The position numbers and the translations under genes were made by a program. From NCBI GenBank assembly GCA_034409565.1, contig DAOUMS010000022.1, forward strand, positions 116,354 through 180,353: a stretch of DNA of 64,000 nt. Direction: 5' to 3'. The DNA comes from Dehalococcoidales bacterium (GTDB lineage Bacteria; Chloroflexota; Dehalococcoidia; Dehalococcoidales; RBG-16-60-22). This document shows positions 1 to 9,086 of this stretch, in pieces. Each line of letters begins with the position of its first letter. Position 1 is the first letter of the stretch. A model generated the notes under the pieces. The model was not told where the DNA came from. It was given only the letters and a program-made list of their open reading frames with translations, and searched no databases.

Positions 1-1159
1 CCCTACCCCCCACAAGTATATTGTCCAAACCTTTTGGTAAAAGAGTCCTGTAAGGGAAATTATAGGTTTTGGGAACTTCGACAAAGGTACGTTTTACACC
101 GGGACCATGTCCTTGCATTGGAAACCTGTTGTTGGCAATAGTGTCTTCAAACCTCTTTCCGGTGAGTATATCATCCTTCGTAAGCACATAATCTCCAGTG
201 ATTCTGCGAGTTTCTCTGATGCCCATCGTCATTGCATTATATGCAAGGAAGGAGTTCTCAAAGCCAGGTACATTATTCTTAAGAAATTGCGCCATAGACA
301 TATTTTGTTTTCTTCCAAGGATTTCCATTGAAGTCAAATCCTCATTACTACATGCATCACCCATTAAGTGAGCCGCGTTAACAGTTACCATCCCACTTTT
401 AACTGATGTTCTATCAAATAGAATTAAAATCATGCCTTCAACTTCGGCCTTAAGTTCACCTTTCGCCCGAGCTTCCTTAATCATATTCTTGTCGACACCG
501 AAGATTGTCGGGTAAGGGTTAGCCTGAAGATCAGGTAAAGTCCCATGCCTATGACCCCATGTAGGCTTCTCCCTAATCAACTTGTCGACATCTACGCCGC
601 CTATAGTAAACAACAATGTTGACGGTTGCCTGTCTGATACATCTGCTGCCATATAGGAAGCCCCAGCCTTTATAGCTACATCACCGTCGCCTGTAGCATC
701 AATGACAATTTTGCCTAGAATGGCCTGTCTTCCCGATTTGCTCTCGGTGATAATACCTCTGACTTGCTGGTCGTCAACCACTGCATCAACGGCCGTAGTG
801 TAAAAGAGTGGTTTGACTTTCGCCTCCTCCACCATCTCGTTCATTATTAGTCTTGCAACTTCAGGGTCAAACTGTGCATAATAACCGTCTACAAGACTCC
901 CGGCAGCTATCTGTCTTGTCTTAAGTTCTCTATATATACCCCCGTCCACCTGAGGAACGGAACCCATCCAAACGTTACATAAACCAGAAGTTGCGGTACC
1001 CCCAAGAGCAGAATAATGCTCAATAATTACCGTTTCCATTCCATTTCTTGCCGCTGCAATAGCAGCAGGAAAGCCAAAAGGCCCACCCCCAACGACCACC
1101 ACATCCGTTTCAATCACAACCTCCGTCTTTCTTTTAGCCTCTGTGATATACTTTGTCAT
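1..1159 (-). CDS. FAD-dependent oxidoreductase (N-terminal ~386 aa; the C-terminus runs off the left edge)
   Basis: Absent from the ORF track because no stop is reached. My translation starts at ATG (complement of 1157-1159), 8 nt after a GGAGG. It reads MTKYITEAKRKTEVVIETDVVVVGGGPFGFPAAIAAARNGMETVIIEHYSALGG..., a GxGxxG dinucleotide-binding fold. I checked only positions 2-61 for stops, and that stretch is open. Confidence 0.65.
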   Translation of the reverse strand, partial: MTKYITEAKRKTEVVIETDVVVVGGGPFGFPAAIAAARNGMETVIIEHYSALGGTATSGLCNVWMGSVPQVDGGIYRELKTRQIAAGSLVDGYYAQFDPEVARLIMNEMVEEAKVKPLFYTTAVDAVVDDQQVRGIITESKSGRQAILGKIVIDATGDGDVAIKAGASYMAADVSDRQPSTLLFTIGGVDVDKLIREKPTWGHRHGTLPDLQANPYPTIFGVDKNMIKEARAKGELKAEVEGMILILFDRTSVKSGMVTVNAAHLMGDACSNEDLTSMEILGRKQNMSMAQFLKNNVPGFENSFLAYNAMTMGIRETRRITGDYVLTKDDILTGKRFEDTIANNRFPMQGHGPGVKRTFVEVPKTYNFPYRTLLPKGLDNILVGGR

Positions 1160-1302
1160 TGCTTTTACCTCCTTTGTTTTTAAAAACTCTAATCACGGAT
1201 TTATTATCTGATTCCTTATACTCTTCCCTTGCGTTCTCGTCTTTCTTCACTAGCTGTCGGGAGCCATATAATACAATCCCCAACGTTTAACGGGATCTAC
1301 TT

Positions 1303-2613
1303 TCACCCGGCAAGATTGGGCAGAAAAAGTGCTATCTGTGGAAAGGCAATCAAGAAGATTAGCACTATAAAATCACAAATAATAAAAGGCCAAATGCCGG
1401 CAAAGATTTCCTCCAATTTCAATTGCTCCCCGGCCACACCTTTGACTACATAAACATTCAATCCCACGGGTGGAGTAACTACAGCAATTTCACACATCTT
1501 GATGGCGATGACACCAAACCAGATTAGGTCATACCCTAGGCCCACCATTATAGGGGCTACAATAGGTAGGGTGATAGCCAGCATGCCAGTGGCGCTCACA
1601 ACCATGCCCAAAAAGAAATACATTATCAAAAAGCCCACTAAAATTATAACCGGCGGCACAGGCGATCCTCCCACGAAGGTAGCCAAACTGTTTGGAATCT
1701 GGGAAAGAGCTAGGAAGCGGCCGAGTACGACGGCCCCTATGATGATAATGAATATTTGGGCAGTAGTGTATGCCGTCTCTTTCAATACGCTACCGAGGTG
1801 GCTACCCTTAAACCCCTTTCGAATAAGGCTGATAATGAACGATGCAGTAGCACCAGCGGCGCCAGCCTCGGTAGGAGTGAACCACCCTGAGTAGATGCCT
1901 CCTATAACTATGGCAGCAAGGATAGCTATTGGCCACATCATGGGTAGCGATGAGAATCTATCTTTCCAGCTAAATACTTCTCCCGCAGGTACCGGTGCTA
2001 AATTTGGATTCCGCCGCACTCTGATTACTATCGATACTCCATATACTAGTACCGTAAGCAGACCGGGTAATATACCGGCGAGAAAGAGTTTCGCTATTGA
2101 AGCTTCTGTAAATATGCCATAGAGGATGAGCAATATGCTAGGGGGGATCATGGTAGCAAACGTCCCTGCGGCAGCAATACAACCGACAGCAAGTTTTGCG
2201 TCATATTTATACTTACGCATGTCAGGTAGGGCAGCCCGAGTAAAAACCGCTGCTGCTGCCACGGAAGAGCCTGAGGCTGCCCCAAAAGCACCACAAGCAA
2301 GGGTGGTAGCTACTGCCAGTGCGCCTGGCACTCTACTCACCCACTTATAAAGTGCACCGAAGGCAGCCTCAGCGATCCCACTGTAGGTTGCAAAGCTGCC
2401 CATAAGTAGGTAAAGGGGGAGGCAGGAGTAACCATAGGTCGTGCCGACATTGTACGGTGTTGTCCGGAGTATCCCCAGTCCACTTTGGGTACCAAGTATT
2501 GCTATGGCCCCCAAAGTCCCGGTAGCAAACATTGCAACTCCGACATTGATACCAAGGAATAGCATCAACAAAAATAGAGCCAAAAATATTACACCTATCA
2601 GCGTAGGGTCCAA
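1303..2613 (-). CDS. dctM: TRAP transporter large permease subunit (DctM family)
   Basis: 436-aa polytopic membrane protein. Size and sequence style are typical of DctM. It lies directly downstream of DctQ- and DctP-like genes. Confidence 0.85.
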   Translation of the reverse strand: MDPTLIGVIFLALFLLMLFLGINVGVAMFATGTLGAIAILGTQSGLGILRTTPYNVGTTYGYSCLPLYLLMGSFATYSGIAEAAFGALYKWVSRVPGALAVATTLACGAFGAASGSSVAAAAVFTRAALPDMRKYKYDAKLAVGCIAAAGTFATMIPPSILLILYGIFTEASIAKLFLAGILPGLLTVLVYGVSIVIRVRRNPNLAPVPAGEVFSWKDRFSSLPMMWPIAILAAIVIGGIYSGWFTPTEAGAAGATASFIISLIRKGFKGSHLGSVLKETAYTTAQIFIIIIGAVVLGRFLALSQIPNSLATFVGGSPVPPVIILVGFLIMYFFLGMVVSATGMLAITLPIVAPIMVGLGYDLIWFGVIAIKMCEIAVVTPPVGLNVYVVKGVAGEQLKLEEIFAGIWPFIICDFIVLIFLIAFPQIALFLPNLAG

Positions 2614-2651
2614 TTCACGTTCCTTTCCCAGCTATCCCCATTCTAGTCCGG

Positions 2652-3152
2652 TTATGCGAATTCCTTACGCACTCTCTCAGTTCGTGATTCCAACCTTCTT
2701 TGTTTAATAAACCTTATAATATTAAGTAGAACCTGAATTGACATCAGTGCGCAACCTAAGGTGACTATAGCCTTTACTGGATATTCTGGTAGCAGTACGG
2801 CCCCGGTAAGCATTTCTTTAATCTGGAAGGAATGTGCGCTGTCAATGCCTGTCACTACTGTCATAGTTGTGAACAGAAGGAGTGCCACTAAGTAATCAAA
2901 GATTAACACAACCATCCTAATCTTTGGTGTAAGATGGTGTATTAAAAACTCTACCCTTATATGACTCTCCTTTTCCTCGCAATGCGACAACCCTAGAAAA
3001 ACAACTATTGCTAACATAAAACCCGCAACACCAATAGCTCCAAGAAGAGGATAGCCCAGCTTCCGTCCTATGATATTGGAAGTTATTAGAAACATCATAC
3101 CGAAGACGATGCCTGCCCCAAGCGATGAAGCCACTGCATTAACTCGTTTCAT
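2652..3152 (-). CDS. dctQ: TRAP transporter small permease subunit (DctQ family)
   Basis: 166-aa protein with four predicted TM segments, located between the dctP-like and dctM-like genes. Confidence 0.7.
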   Translation of the reverse strand: MKRVNAVASSLGAGIVFGMMFLITSNIIGRKLGYPLLGAIGVAGFMLAIVVFLGLSHCEEKESHIRVEFLIHHLTPKIRMVVLIFDYLVALLLFTTMTVVTGIDSAHSFQIKEMLTGAVLLPEYPVKAIVTLGCALMSIQVLLNIIRFIKQRRLESRTERVRKEFA

Positions 3153-3241
3153 GTTATTAAACTACACCTTCATTAGCCATAATCAACAATAGCTACGCCA
3201 TCACCTGACTGAAAAGCCTAGACCTATCTAGGTTTGCCATA

Positions 3242-4267
3242 TTACTTGAGTGACTCGGCTACTAGCTTCTTCAGCTTTTCCATAAGGGGAGCCGCATCCA
3301 TTTTTTCAGCCCACTCATCTGCCAAGGCTAACACTCGAGGGTCACTATTCCACTTATCTTGGTCTTCACTAGGTACATCCAGAATTGTACACCCATGGTC
3401 AACAATGTCTGCGCGAATGCCGTCAAGTTGGCTGGCGACTGAGTTGACAATGAACGTAGTCATCTCTTTGCCACAATCCTCAAATACCTGCTGGTCAGCC
3501 GCCGACAATTTGCCGAGGGTATCTAAATTAACACTCATGACATTCCCTCCTGAACACTGAGTGTCGACGACTACAACCCCCTTGGCTACCTCATGGAATT
3601 TGAACCGGTGTCCTGATTCAAGGGCCGCAAATGCCCCATCTATAGTGCCACTCTGCATAGCCGTGTAGCACTCGGCCATCGGCACGGATACTGGAAGCGC
3701 GCCCAGAACCTCGATTTTCTTGGCGTCAGCTGCACAATACACCCGAATCGTCTTCCCCTCTAAATTCCATATGCTGTCGACCGGTTCCACCATGTACATG
3801 GTATGAGGATCCTTAGGATGGAACCCGATTACCTTCTGATTAATATTTTCGTAATCTGCAGCGAACTCAGGAATTTCATCTAGAATCCTCCACCACATGG
3901 CTTCCTGCTTCTCTAAAGAAGGAATGATGGGAACTACGTCCATCGCCTCCCAATAAGGAATTTCAGCTATATGTTTTCCAGGGGTAATAAAAGCAATGTC
4001 GCATGTGCCTTGCTCGCAGGCAACAAGGCTCTCTTTTTCAGAAACCAAGGTGTCACTGAAATATATTTCGACCAGGGCTCTGCCGCCCGTGCGTTCTTCT
4101 ACGCACTCCTTGAAAAAGTTGAGTGCGTCAGCTCTTATACCTGTTGAGGCACTATGCTCAGCCACACGGAAAACTACCGGTTCTGGCGCTGGTTCTGCAC
4201 AAGCAGCCAGGAGAAGCGAAGTACCCAACATCAAGACAACTAAAGCAATGATAATTTTCTTTCTCAT
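3242..4267 (-). CDS. dctP: TRAP transporter substrate-binding protein (DctP family), lipoprotein
   Basis: 341 aa. N-terminal signal with lipobox LLLAAC. Size and context fit a TRAP solute-binding protein. Confidence 0.8.
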   Translation of the reverse strand: MRKKIIIALVVLMLGTSLLLAACAEPAPEPVVFRVAEHSASTGIRADALNFFKECVEERTGGRALVEIYFSDTLVSEKESLVACEQGTCDIAFITPGKHIAEIPYWEAMDVVPIIPSLEKQEAMWWRILDEIPEFAADYENINQKVIGFHPKDPHTMYMVEPVDSIWNLEGKTIRVYCAADAKKIEVLGALPVSVPMAECYTAMQSGTIDGAFAALESGHRFKFHEVAKGVVVVDTQCSGGNVMSVNLDTLGKLSAADQQVFEDCGKEMTTFIVNSVASQLDGIRADIVDHGCTILDVPSEDQDKWNSDPRVLALADEWAEKMDAAPLMEKLKKLVAESLK

Positions 4268-4437
4268 TAGAGAAACTCCTTAATTTAGATTTTGGTCGGC
4301 TAAAATTAATCTACTTTTAAAAGCTACCACCCCCTTCCATCTTAATTACTCAGTCCAAGGTTTCTTCTAACTAGCTTTAGTCACATGATGAGACTTACTC
4401 TTTTCGCACAGCAGAACTATTACGTCTAATTGGAGTC

Positions 4438-5292
4438 TTATGAGCTGAACTCCTTGCTCCATACTCCCGAGTCTAATGCGTTCTTCTCCCACCAGGAAAT
4501 TATCTCACTCATGTTGTGAACAGGGTTAACGATATCTACATAGCCAAGTCGATAGCTGACCAGGCTAGAGCCCAGTTTAAGCAGCGTAGCTAACCGCTTG
4601 TAATAAGATGGAGTCATTTTAAATATAGGAACTCCAAAGCCCAAAGCAGCTATAGCCGCACCGCTGGCATTTCGTATTACGGAGGCAATAGAATCAATCC
4701 CTTTAAAATGTTCTCCATGGGAAAAAGCAGTGCCGGTCTCTCTTACTTTTTGTAGTTCACGTTTTAATTCCGTCTTGGTGGCAATCGTTTTTGGAGTTAA
4801 CGGCTGTAGCCTTTCCTCGGGATAGAGGCTGTCGATTTGCTTGTTAGTCAATTCAGCTAACAGCGCTTTACCCAAACCTGATGCATAGGCTGGGAAGACT
4901 GACCCTATGTGGATGCCCCATCTGAAATCAGACTTTGATTCCTGTCTCATGATCAGGGTTATGTAGTCTTTGTCTAGGATACCTACACTTGTGACCTCAC
5001 TGGTCATATCGTTTAGTGATTTTAGAACTGATTCGGCAGCTGTGAATATGTCCGTTGTCCTCAAGTACAAGCTTCCCATCATATAGATAGCAGAGCCTAT
5101 ACTATATTTTTTAGTTTCTGCGTCTTGCTCCAGTAGCCCACTTTTAGTTAGGGTTGCCAGTATACGGTGTGTAGTCATTTTAGGTACCCTGGTTTTTCTG
5201 GATATTTCAGAGGCACTTAAAGATGGCTCTGCTGGTGTAAAACTCCTCAAAATGGATACAGCTTTAAGTACTGAGTTATTAGTTACATACAT
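4438..5292 (-). CDS. IclR-family transcriptional regulator
   Basis: 284 aa. N-terminal winged HTH (SASEISRKTRVPKMTTHRILATL) followed by a C-terminal IclR effector-type domain. Confidence 0.85.
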   Translation of the reverse strand: MYVTNNSVLKAVSILRSFTPAEPSLSASEISRKTRVPKMTTHRILATLTKSGLLEQDAETKKYSIGSAIYMMGSLYLRTTDIFTAAESVLKSLNDMTSEVTSVGILDKDYITLIMRQESKSDFRWGIHIGSVFPAYASGLGKALLAELTNKQIDSLYPEERLQPLTPKTIATKTELKRELQKVRETGTAFSHGEHFKGIDSIASVIRNASGAAIAALGFGVPIFKMTPSYYKRLATLLKLGSSLVSYRLGYVDIVNPVHNMSEIISWWEKNALDSGVWSKEFSS

Positions 5293-5332
5293 ATCAAAAA
5301 AAGAGATTAGGTCTGTGTTTTATATTAAAAAT

Positions 5333-5351
5333 AGTATCAATATATGATACT
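5333..5351. promoter_or_regulatory. Perfect inverted repeat AGTATCA-N5-TGATACT, candidate IclR operator
   Basis: Read directly from the sequence, 41 nt upstream of the IclR start in an AT-rich intergenic region. There is no experimental or comparative support. Confidence 0.25.
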
Positions 5352-5696
5352 ATGTTACACATATAGTTATAATTTAATAATTTTCTATTGATTTGTCAAG
5401 TCTTATTGTATCGAAGTAGAAAATGCCCATACTTTCCCGGCAACTCGAGCACTCTACCCCGACATTAAACTTTGCGTCATTATGTGTTGTTTAACAAATT
5501 GGGCAAATGTTACTGGTTATACAATTTACTATATGGTTACCTGACCGCCTAATATATGTGATAATAGTCCATAAAAAGTAGGTGGTGCTGTTCAATAGAC
5601 AGTATCGGTACTTCTGAAATGGTGTTCAGCATCTAATTACATAGGTTTGGGTTATTTCCAATAGGCTCACTAATTGTCTAGTGGAAAGCAATTACT

Positions 5697-6137
5697 CTAG
5701 TGAGAATTTATGGCTTGCCTAATGGCTTCCTCAAGCTCCTGCGGAGCATCCGTGCCGATTCTGAATTTCTTGCCCGTTCTAAGCTTGATCTCGACGGCGT
5801 AAAAGCCGGAAACATTGTATATCACGCCGTGAGGTGTCAAGCGAATGCCCCATCCATAATACCAATGATTCTTAACAACCTGACACGATTCTATCTCATT
5901 CAATTTAAATCGCTTGCGGATTGGCCCAGGACCGAATTGCACTTCCAGTTCTTCTTCCCAGATGACTACAGTCAGACTAGAGAATAATACCAAAGCTACC
6001 GCAATGACAACCAAGACCCCGATGGCAATCCAGTTGATGCCAGCATTTGCCAAGACAACCCCAATCAACACCATCACGGCTGCCATCGACGCGATGATCA
6101 GATAACCAACCTGCGTATGTTCATAACGCTTAATCAT
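5697..6137 (-). CDS. Hypothetical membrane protein (two N-terminal TM helices plus a soluble C-terminal domain)
   Basis: 146-aa ORF with hydrophobic segments at the N-terminus. Its start overlaps the upstream cupin gene's stop by 4 nt. Confidence 0.5.
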   Translation of the reverse strand: MIKRYEHTQVGYLIIASMAAVMVLIGVVLANAGINWIAIGVLVVIAVALVLFSSLTVVIWEEELEVQFGPGPIRKRFKLNEIESCQVVKNHWYYGWGIRLTPHGVIYNVSGFYAVEIKLRTGKKFRIGTDAPQELEEAIRQAINSH

Positions 6138-6460
6138 ATTGTCTCACCCGTATGGTCGACAGGATCGCGAGTGACCTCCGTGGTCGGATAGACGTACATC
6201 ATAGTAAATGGAGCACCACTCTGGTTTAAAAAACGATGTGGCACGCCAAGTGGCACCAAGGATAAGTCAAACCGCTGCAAACTGTACTTTTCTCCATTAA
6301 GTTCGGCGACTCCCTCACCATCAAGGATAACGACGAAAATACAATCAACAATGTTATTATTGATGAAGCGGCTAGTTTTCTCACTTCTTACCTCTTCTGA
6401 TGTGCAATCCAAGTCTGTTAAATATCCAATGGAAAAATCAAAGGGCGCCAGCAACCGCAT
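6134..6460 (-). CDS. Cupin-fold protein
   Basis: 108 aa. Cupin motif-2-like LVPLGVPHRFLN is present. Motif 1 lacks the HxH, so a metal site is doubtful. Confidence 0.45.
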   Translation of the reverse strand: MRLLAPFDFSIGYLTDLDCTSEEVRSEKTSRFINNNIVDCIFVVILDGEGVAELNGEKYSLQRFDLSLVPLGVPHRFLNQSGAPFTMMYVYPTTEVTRDPVDHTGETI

Positions 6461-7084
6461 CTTACTCAGTGGTCACCAGCGCCCTTCAGCATCACCGCTC
6501 TCCCGATCAACTGTTTTATTTTCAATTATCTTTCATATCAGGTAAGTCCTATTATAGGTCTGTTTCGTCATTTGTCAATATCTAGAGTATCAATAATTGG
6601 TTCAAGAGTCCGAGATGTGGTTTTGATAATTGAGAGGGTAACCTGTTAGCTAGGTTGGAGTAACAAAACTCTAACTTGTGCAGTAAGGTAATATTCCATC
6701 TTTTTGTGACACAATATTGAGTTAGTCTTCGATCGGGTTATCATTCTGTACTTTAGTTGTTACAATTTCACTCAGTGAGCGAGGTCGGGACTTTATAGCG
6801 AGACTAAAAACTAATTCAAAGGTTCCACCTATCGTACAGTACTGCCCCTGAAGAGGACTCGAACCAAGTCAGATTAATATTATGTCAAGACTGCCCTATT
6901 GAATCCCACGGTTAATGTGTTAAAATTAATCAAAGTAATCAACAGTAATGTATCAAGGAGGTGATGACCCGGAGGAAAAAGACCAGCTGCTTCGGTGGAT
7001 TTCGCTCAGGTCTCCGGGTTAAGTTAGCCTCAAAAGTTCGAAAAATCCCTGGAAATTGAACTCTTAACTTCTAAGCAGCGGGTC

Positions 7085-7112
7085 GTGGGTTCGAATCCCT
7101 CCAGGGACGCCA
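7085..7112 (+). other. tRNA 3'-end-like fragment (T-arm, acceptor 3' strand, G73 and CCA). Not a complete tRNA.
   Basis: GTGGG-TTCGAAT-CCCTC-CAGGGAC-G-CCA, with one T-T mismatch in the T stem. It resembles the ...GGGGACGCCA 3' end of tRNA-Glu-type genes. I could not build a D arm, an anticodon arm or a 5' acceptor strand (GTCCCTG) upstream. Confidence 0.35.
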
Positions 7113-7175
7113 GAATAGCTATGATTCCCCCCCATTTTCACAGTTCCTCGTTACAGTGGTTATCGCGTCAGGACC

Positions 7176-7682
7176 TCATCTGTTGGGAGGTCTGACTTCC
7201 AGCTCGAGAAGTGCCTGCTTCCGGTGCAGTCCGCCACCGTAGCCGACGAGTCCACCGCTGGCCCCGATAACGCGATGACAGGGCACGATAATGGCTACCG
7301 GATTGGTACCTATGGCCTGGCCGACAGCCCGGCTGGCCCCGGGACGACCCAGAGCACTGGCTATCTGCCCGTATGACCTGGTCTGGCCATAAGGTATACC
7401 CAGGAGGAGTTCCCAGACCCGGCGCTGGAACTCGGTGCCACGAAGGTCGAGGGGAACGGTGAACTCATGCAAACCACCGGCAAAGTAGGCATTAAGTTCC
7501 GCAATTATCTCATCGTTCTTACCGGCCGCGTCTCTGGCTTCGATACCCTGCCGGCGCCACCGCGCCATCAGTGACGGCATATGGGACTCGGTCTTGACAC
7601 AGACGGCACCACGAGAAGAGCTGCCGACGATATAGGTTCCAAGCGGACTGTCATAGTGCCCTAAGTAGAATGTTTCCTTCAT
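7176..7682 (-). CDS. ogt: Methylated-DNA-[protein]-cysteine S-methyltransferase
   Basis: 168 aa with the active-site motif IIVPCHRVIGASG and a C-terminal MGMT DNA-binding domain. Confidence 0.9.
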   Translation of the reverse strand: MKETFYLGHYDSPLGTYIVGSSSRGAVCVKTESHMPSLMARWRRQGIEARDAAGKNDEIIAELNAYFAGGLHEFTVPLDLRGTEFQRRVWELLLGIPYGQTRSYGQIASALGRPGASRAVGQAIGTNPVAIIVPCHRVIGASGGLVGYGGGLHRKQALLELEVRPPNR

Positions 7683-7740
7683 GCTGGCCTCGGCCCCGCA
7701 AAAATTGAATACGGTGTCTCCTCAGTATAGCATAAATAGC

Positions 7741-8967
7741 CTATTTCAGGCTTTCAAGCAGGTCCTGGCGGCAGGTCAGAGACGATACCGTCGTCAGGAA
7801 CTCCTTCAATGACGCGCTCTGTTCCCTCAGCCTCTGCAACTCGTCGCCTATCGGACTGACGGAGGTTGGGCGGTCGGCATAAGCGCCGTAAAAGGCGAAG
7901 TAGGCCTGGTTCAGCTTTCGGATATGGTACCCCTTGGACGCGAGGTACTGCCGCTTTGCCTCCATGAACGCCTCCACCTGCTCAACTTCGCCCTGTGCCA
8001 GGTATTCATCCACCGCCCTCCGTATCTCACGCATCTCGCTATCGAAATCAAAACCTGACTTTGGGTTCTGCTCACCATCCGTGCTTTGCAAATCGGGGTA
8101 GTAGCTCTCCACCACCATGCCGCCTATCTCCTTGCTAATCATACTGGCCACGGTTTCATTCATAGTGGCAATTTCATAGTTGCGGGCCACACCGATAAGG
8201 TCTAGCACGTAGCGAAATCCCAGAGGTTTGAAGGACAAATATTGATGCAGCCATTCCTCGGCTGCGGCATCAACGGTAAAGCGCAGGCTTGCCTCATTGG
8301 TCACGAATACCGGGTAAGTCCCGCCAAACCCACCAAGCCCCACCACGATTGAAGACACGTCCAGCTTATCAACCTCGCCCTCAATCTGCTCCATTTCTGC
8401 CACCGCCACCTCCTGTCGGAGCACAATTTCCCGCATGCTTTCTATCCTGTCCCGGGGGGAAATAACCAGCAAATGGGGCGGCTTATCCAGTTTGAAATCC
8501 ACTGGCGGGAAAACCATTTTCAATTTCAAGTACCTGTCGGCCGGATGGTAAATATCTTGCTGAACCAGGATGTCCCTTATCTGCCCGGCAATTACCCTCT
8601 CCACCGCATTTATCAGTGAATCCCTTTTCGGCTGCAGTTCGCTTAATTCCGCCTCCAGGGGTGCCAGCTCGCCCGCTTTGTTGCCCGCCTTTACCGCCTC
8701 TATCTCGGATTTCAGGGTTTTTATCCGCACCACCGTGGCAAAGTAATCATTCACCTTTTCCATTTCATCGGCAGCGGCCTTGTCCCGGCCCCGAAACACC
8801 TGTTTTACCCCTTCCGCAAAGGTGCTGGCCTCCCATTGCACAACATGGAAGCGATAAGGCCGCACAAGCTGGCTCAACCGTTTATGGAAATCTTTCGGGG
8901 CAGCACACCCGGTACCGAGCAAGCAAAATGAGATTAGACCTGCCATTACTGCGAGCTCTATCTTCAA
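7741..8967 (-). CDS. Hypothetical lipoprotein
   Basis: 408 aa. Signal peptide with lipobox LLGTGC. A central coiled-coil-like region. EEWLHQY...NETVASM is weakly reminiscent of HExxH...NE peptidase motifs, but the first His is Glu. Confidence 0.55.
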   Translation of the reverse strand: MKIELAVMAGLISFCLLGTGCAAPKDFHKRLSQLVRPYRFHVVQWEASTFAEGVKQVFRGRDKAAADEMEKVNDYFATVVRIKTLKSEIEAVKAGNKAGELAPLEAELSELQPKRDSLINAVERVIAGQIRDILVQQDIYHPADRYLKLKMVFPPVDFKLDKPPHLLVISPRDRIESMREIVLRQEVAVAEMEQIEGEVDKLDVSSIVVGLGGFGGTYPVFVTNEASLRFTVDAAAEEWLHQYLSFKPLGFRYVLDLIGVARNYEIATMNETVASMISKEIGGMVVESYYPDLQSTDGEQNPKSGFDFDSEMREIRRAVDEYLAQGEVEQVEAFMEAKRQYLASKGYHIRKLNQAYFAFYGAYADRPTSVSPIGDELQRLREQSASLKEFLTTVSSLTCRQDLLESLK

Positions 8968-9086
8968 CTCAGATTTGCCTTTGTTACCACTGCGTTGATG
9001 AGGAAAAAATATACCAACTCTGTTTTAGTATATTATGTAAACTTATTCTCTAAGAGCTGGCCGCTTGCGGGCAATCTTTGCATATT

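Noticed and set aside
107-331. 74-aa plus-strand ORF, the only track ORF in the first 1.2 kb
   Set aside because: It is antisense to the much longer open frame of the FAD-dependent oxidoreductase, which runs off the window edge and was therefore not listed in the track.
6844-7112. tmRNA (ssrA) gene
   Set aside because: The 5' GCCCCTG-AAGA-GGACTCGAAC and the 3' T-arm/acceptor/CCA superficially mimic the tmRNA tRNA-like domain. But the acceptor lacks G1-G2-G3:U70 and has a C-A mismatch. At 269 nt it is short. I found no resume codon or Ala-rich tag ORF ending in a stop.
7045-7112. tRNA-Sec (selC) or another complete tRNA ending at 7112
   Set aside because: TCCCTGG (7046-7052) can pair with CCAGGGA (7101-7107). 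The enclosed 33 nt cannot form both a D arm and an anticodon arm, no 7-nt anticodon loop with a supporting stem exists, and 68 nt is far too short for tRNA-Sec.
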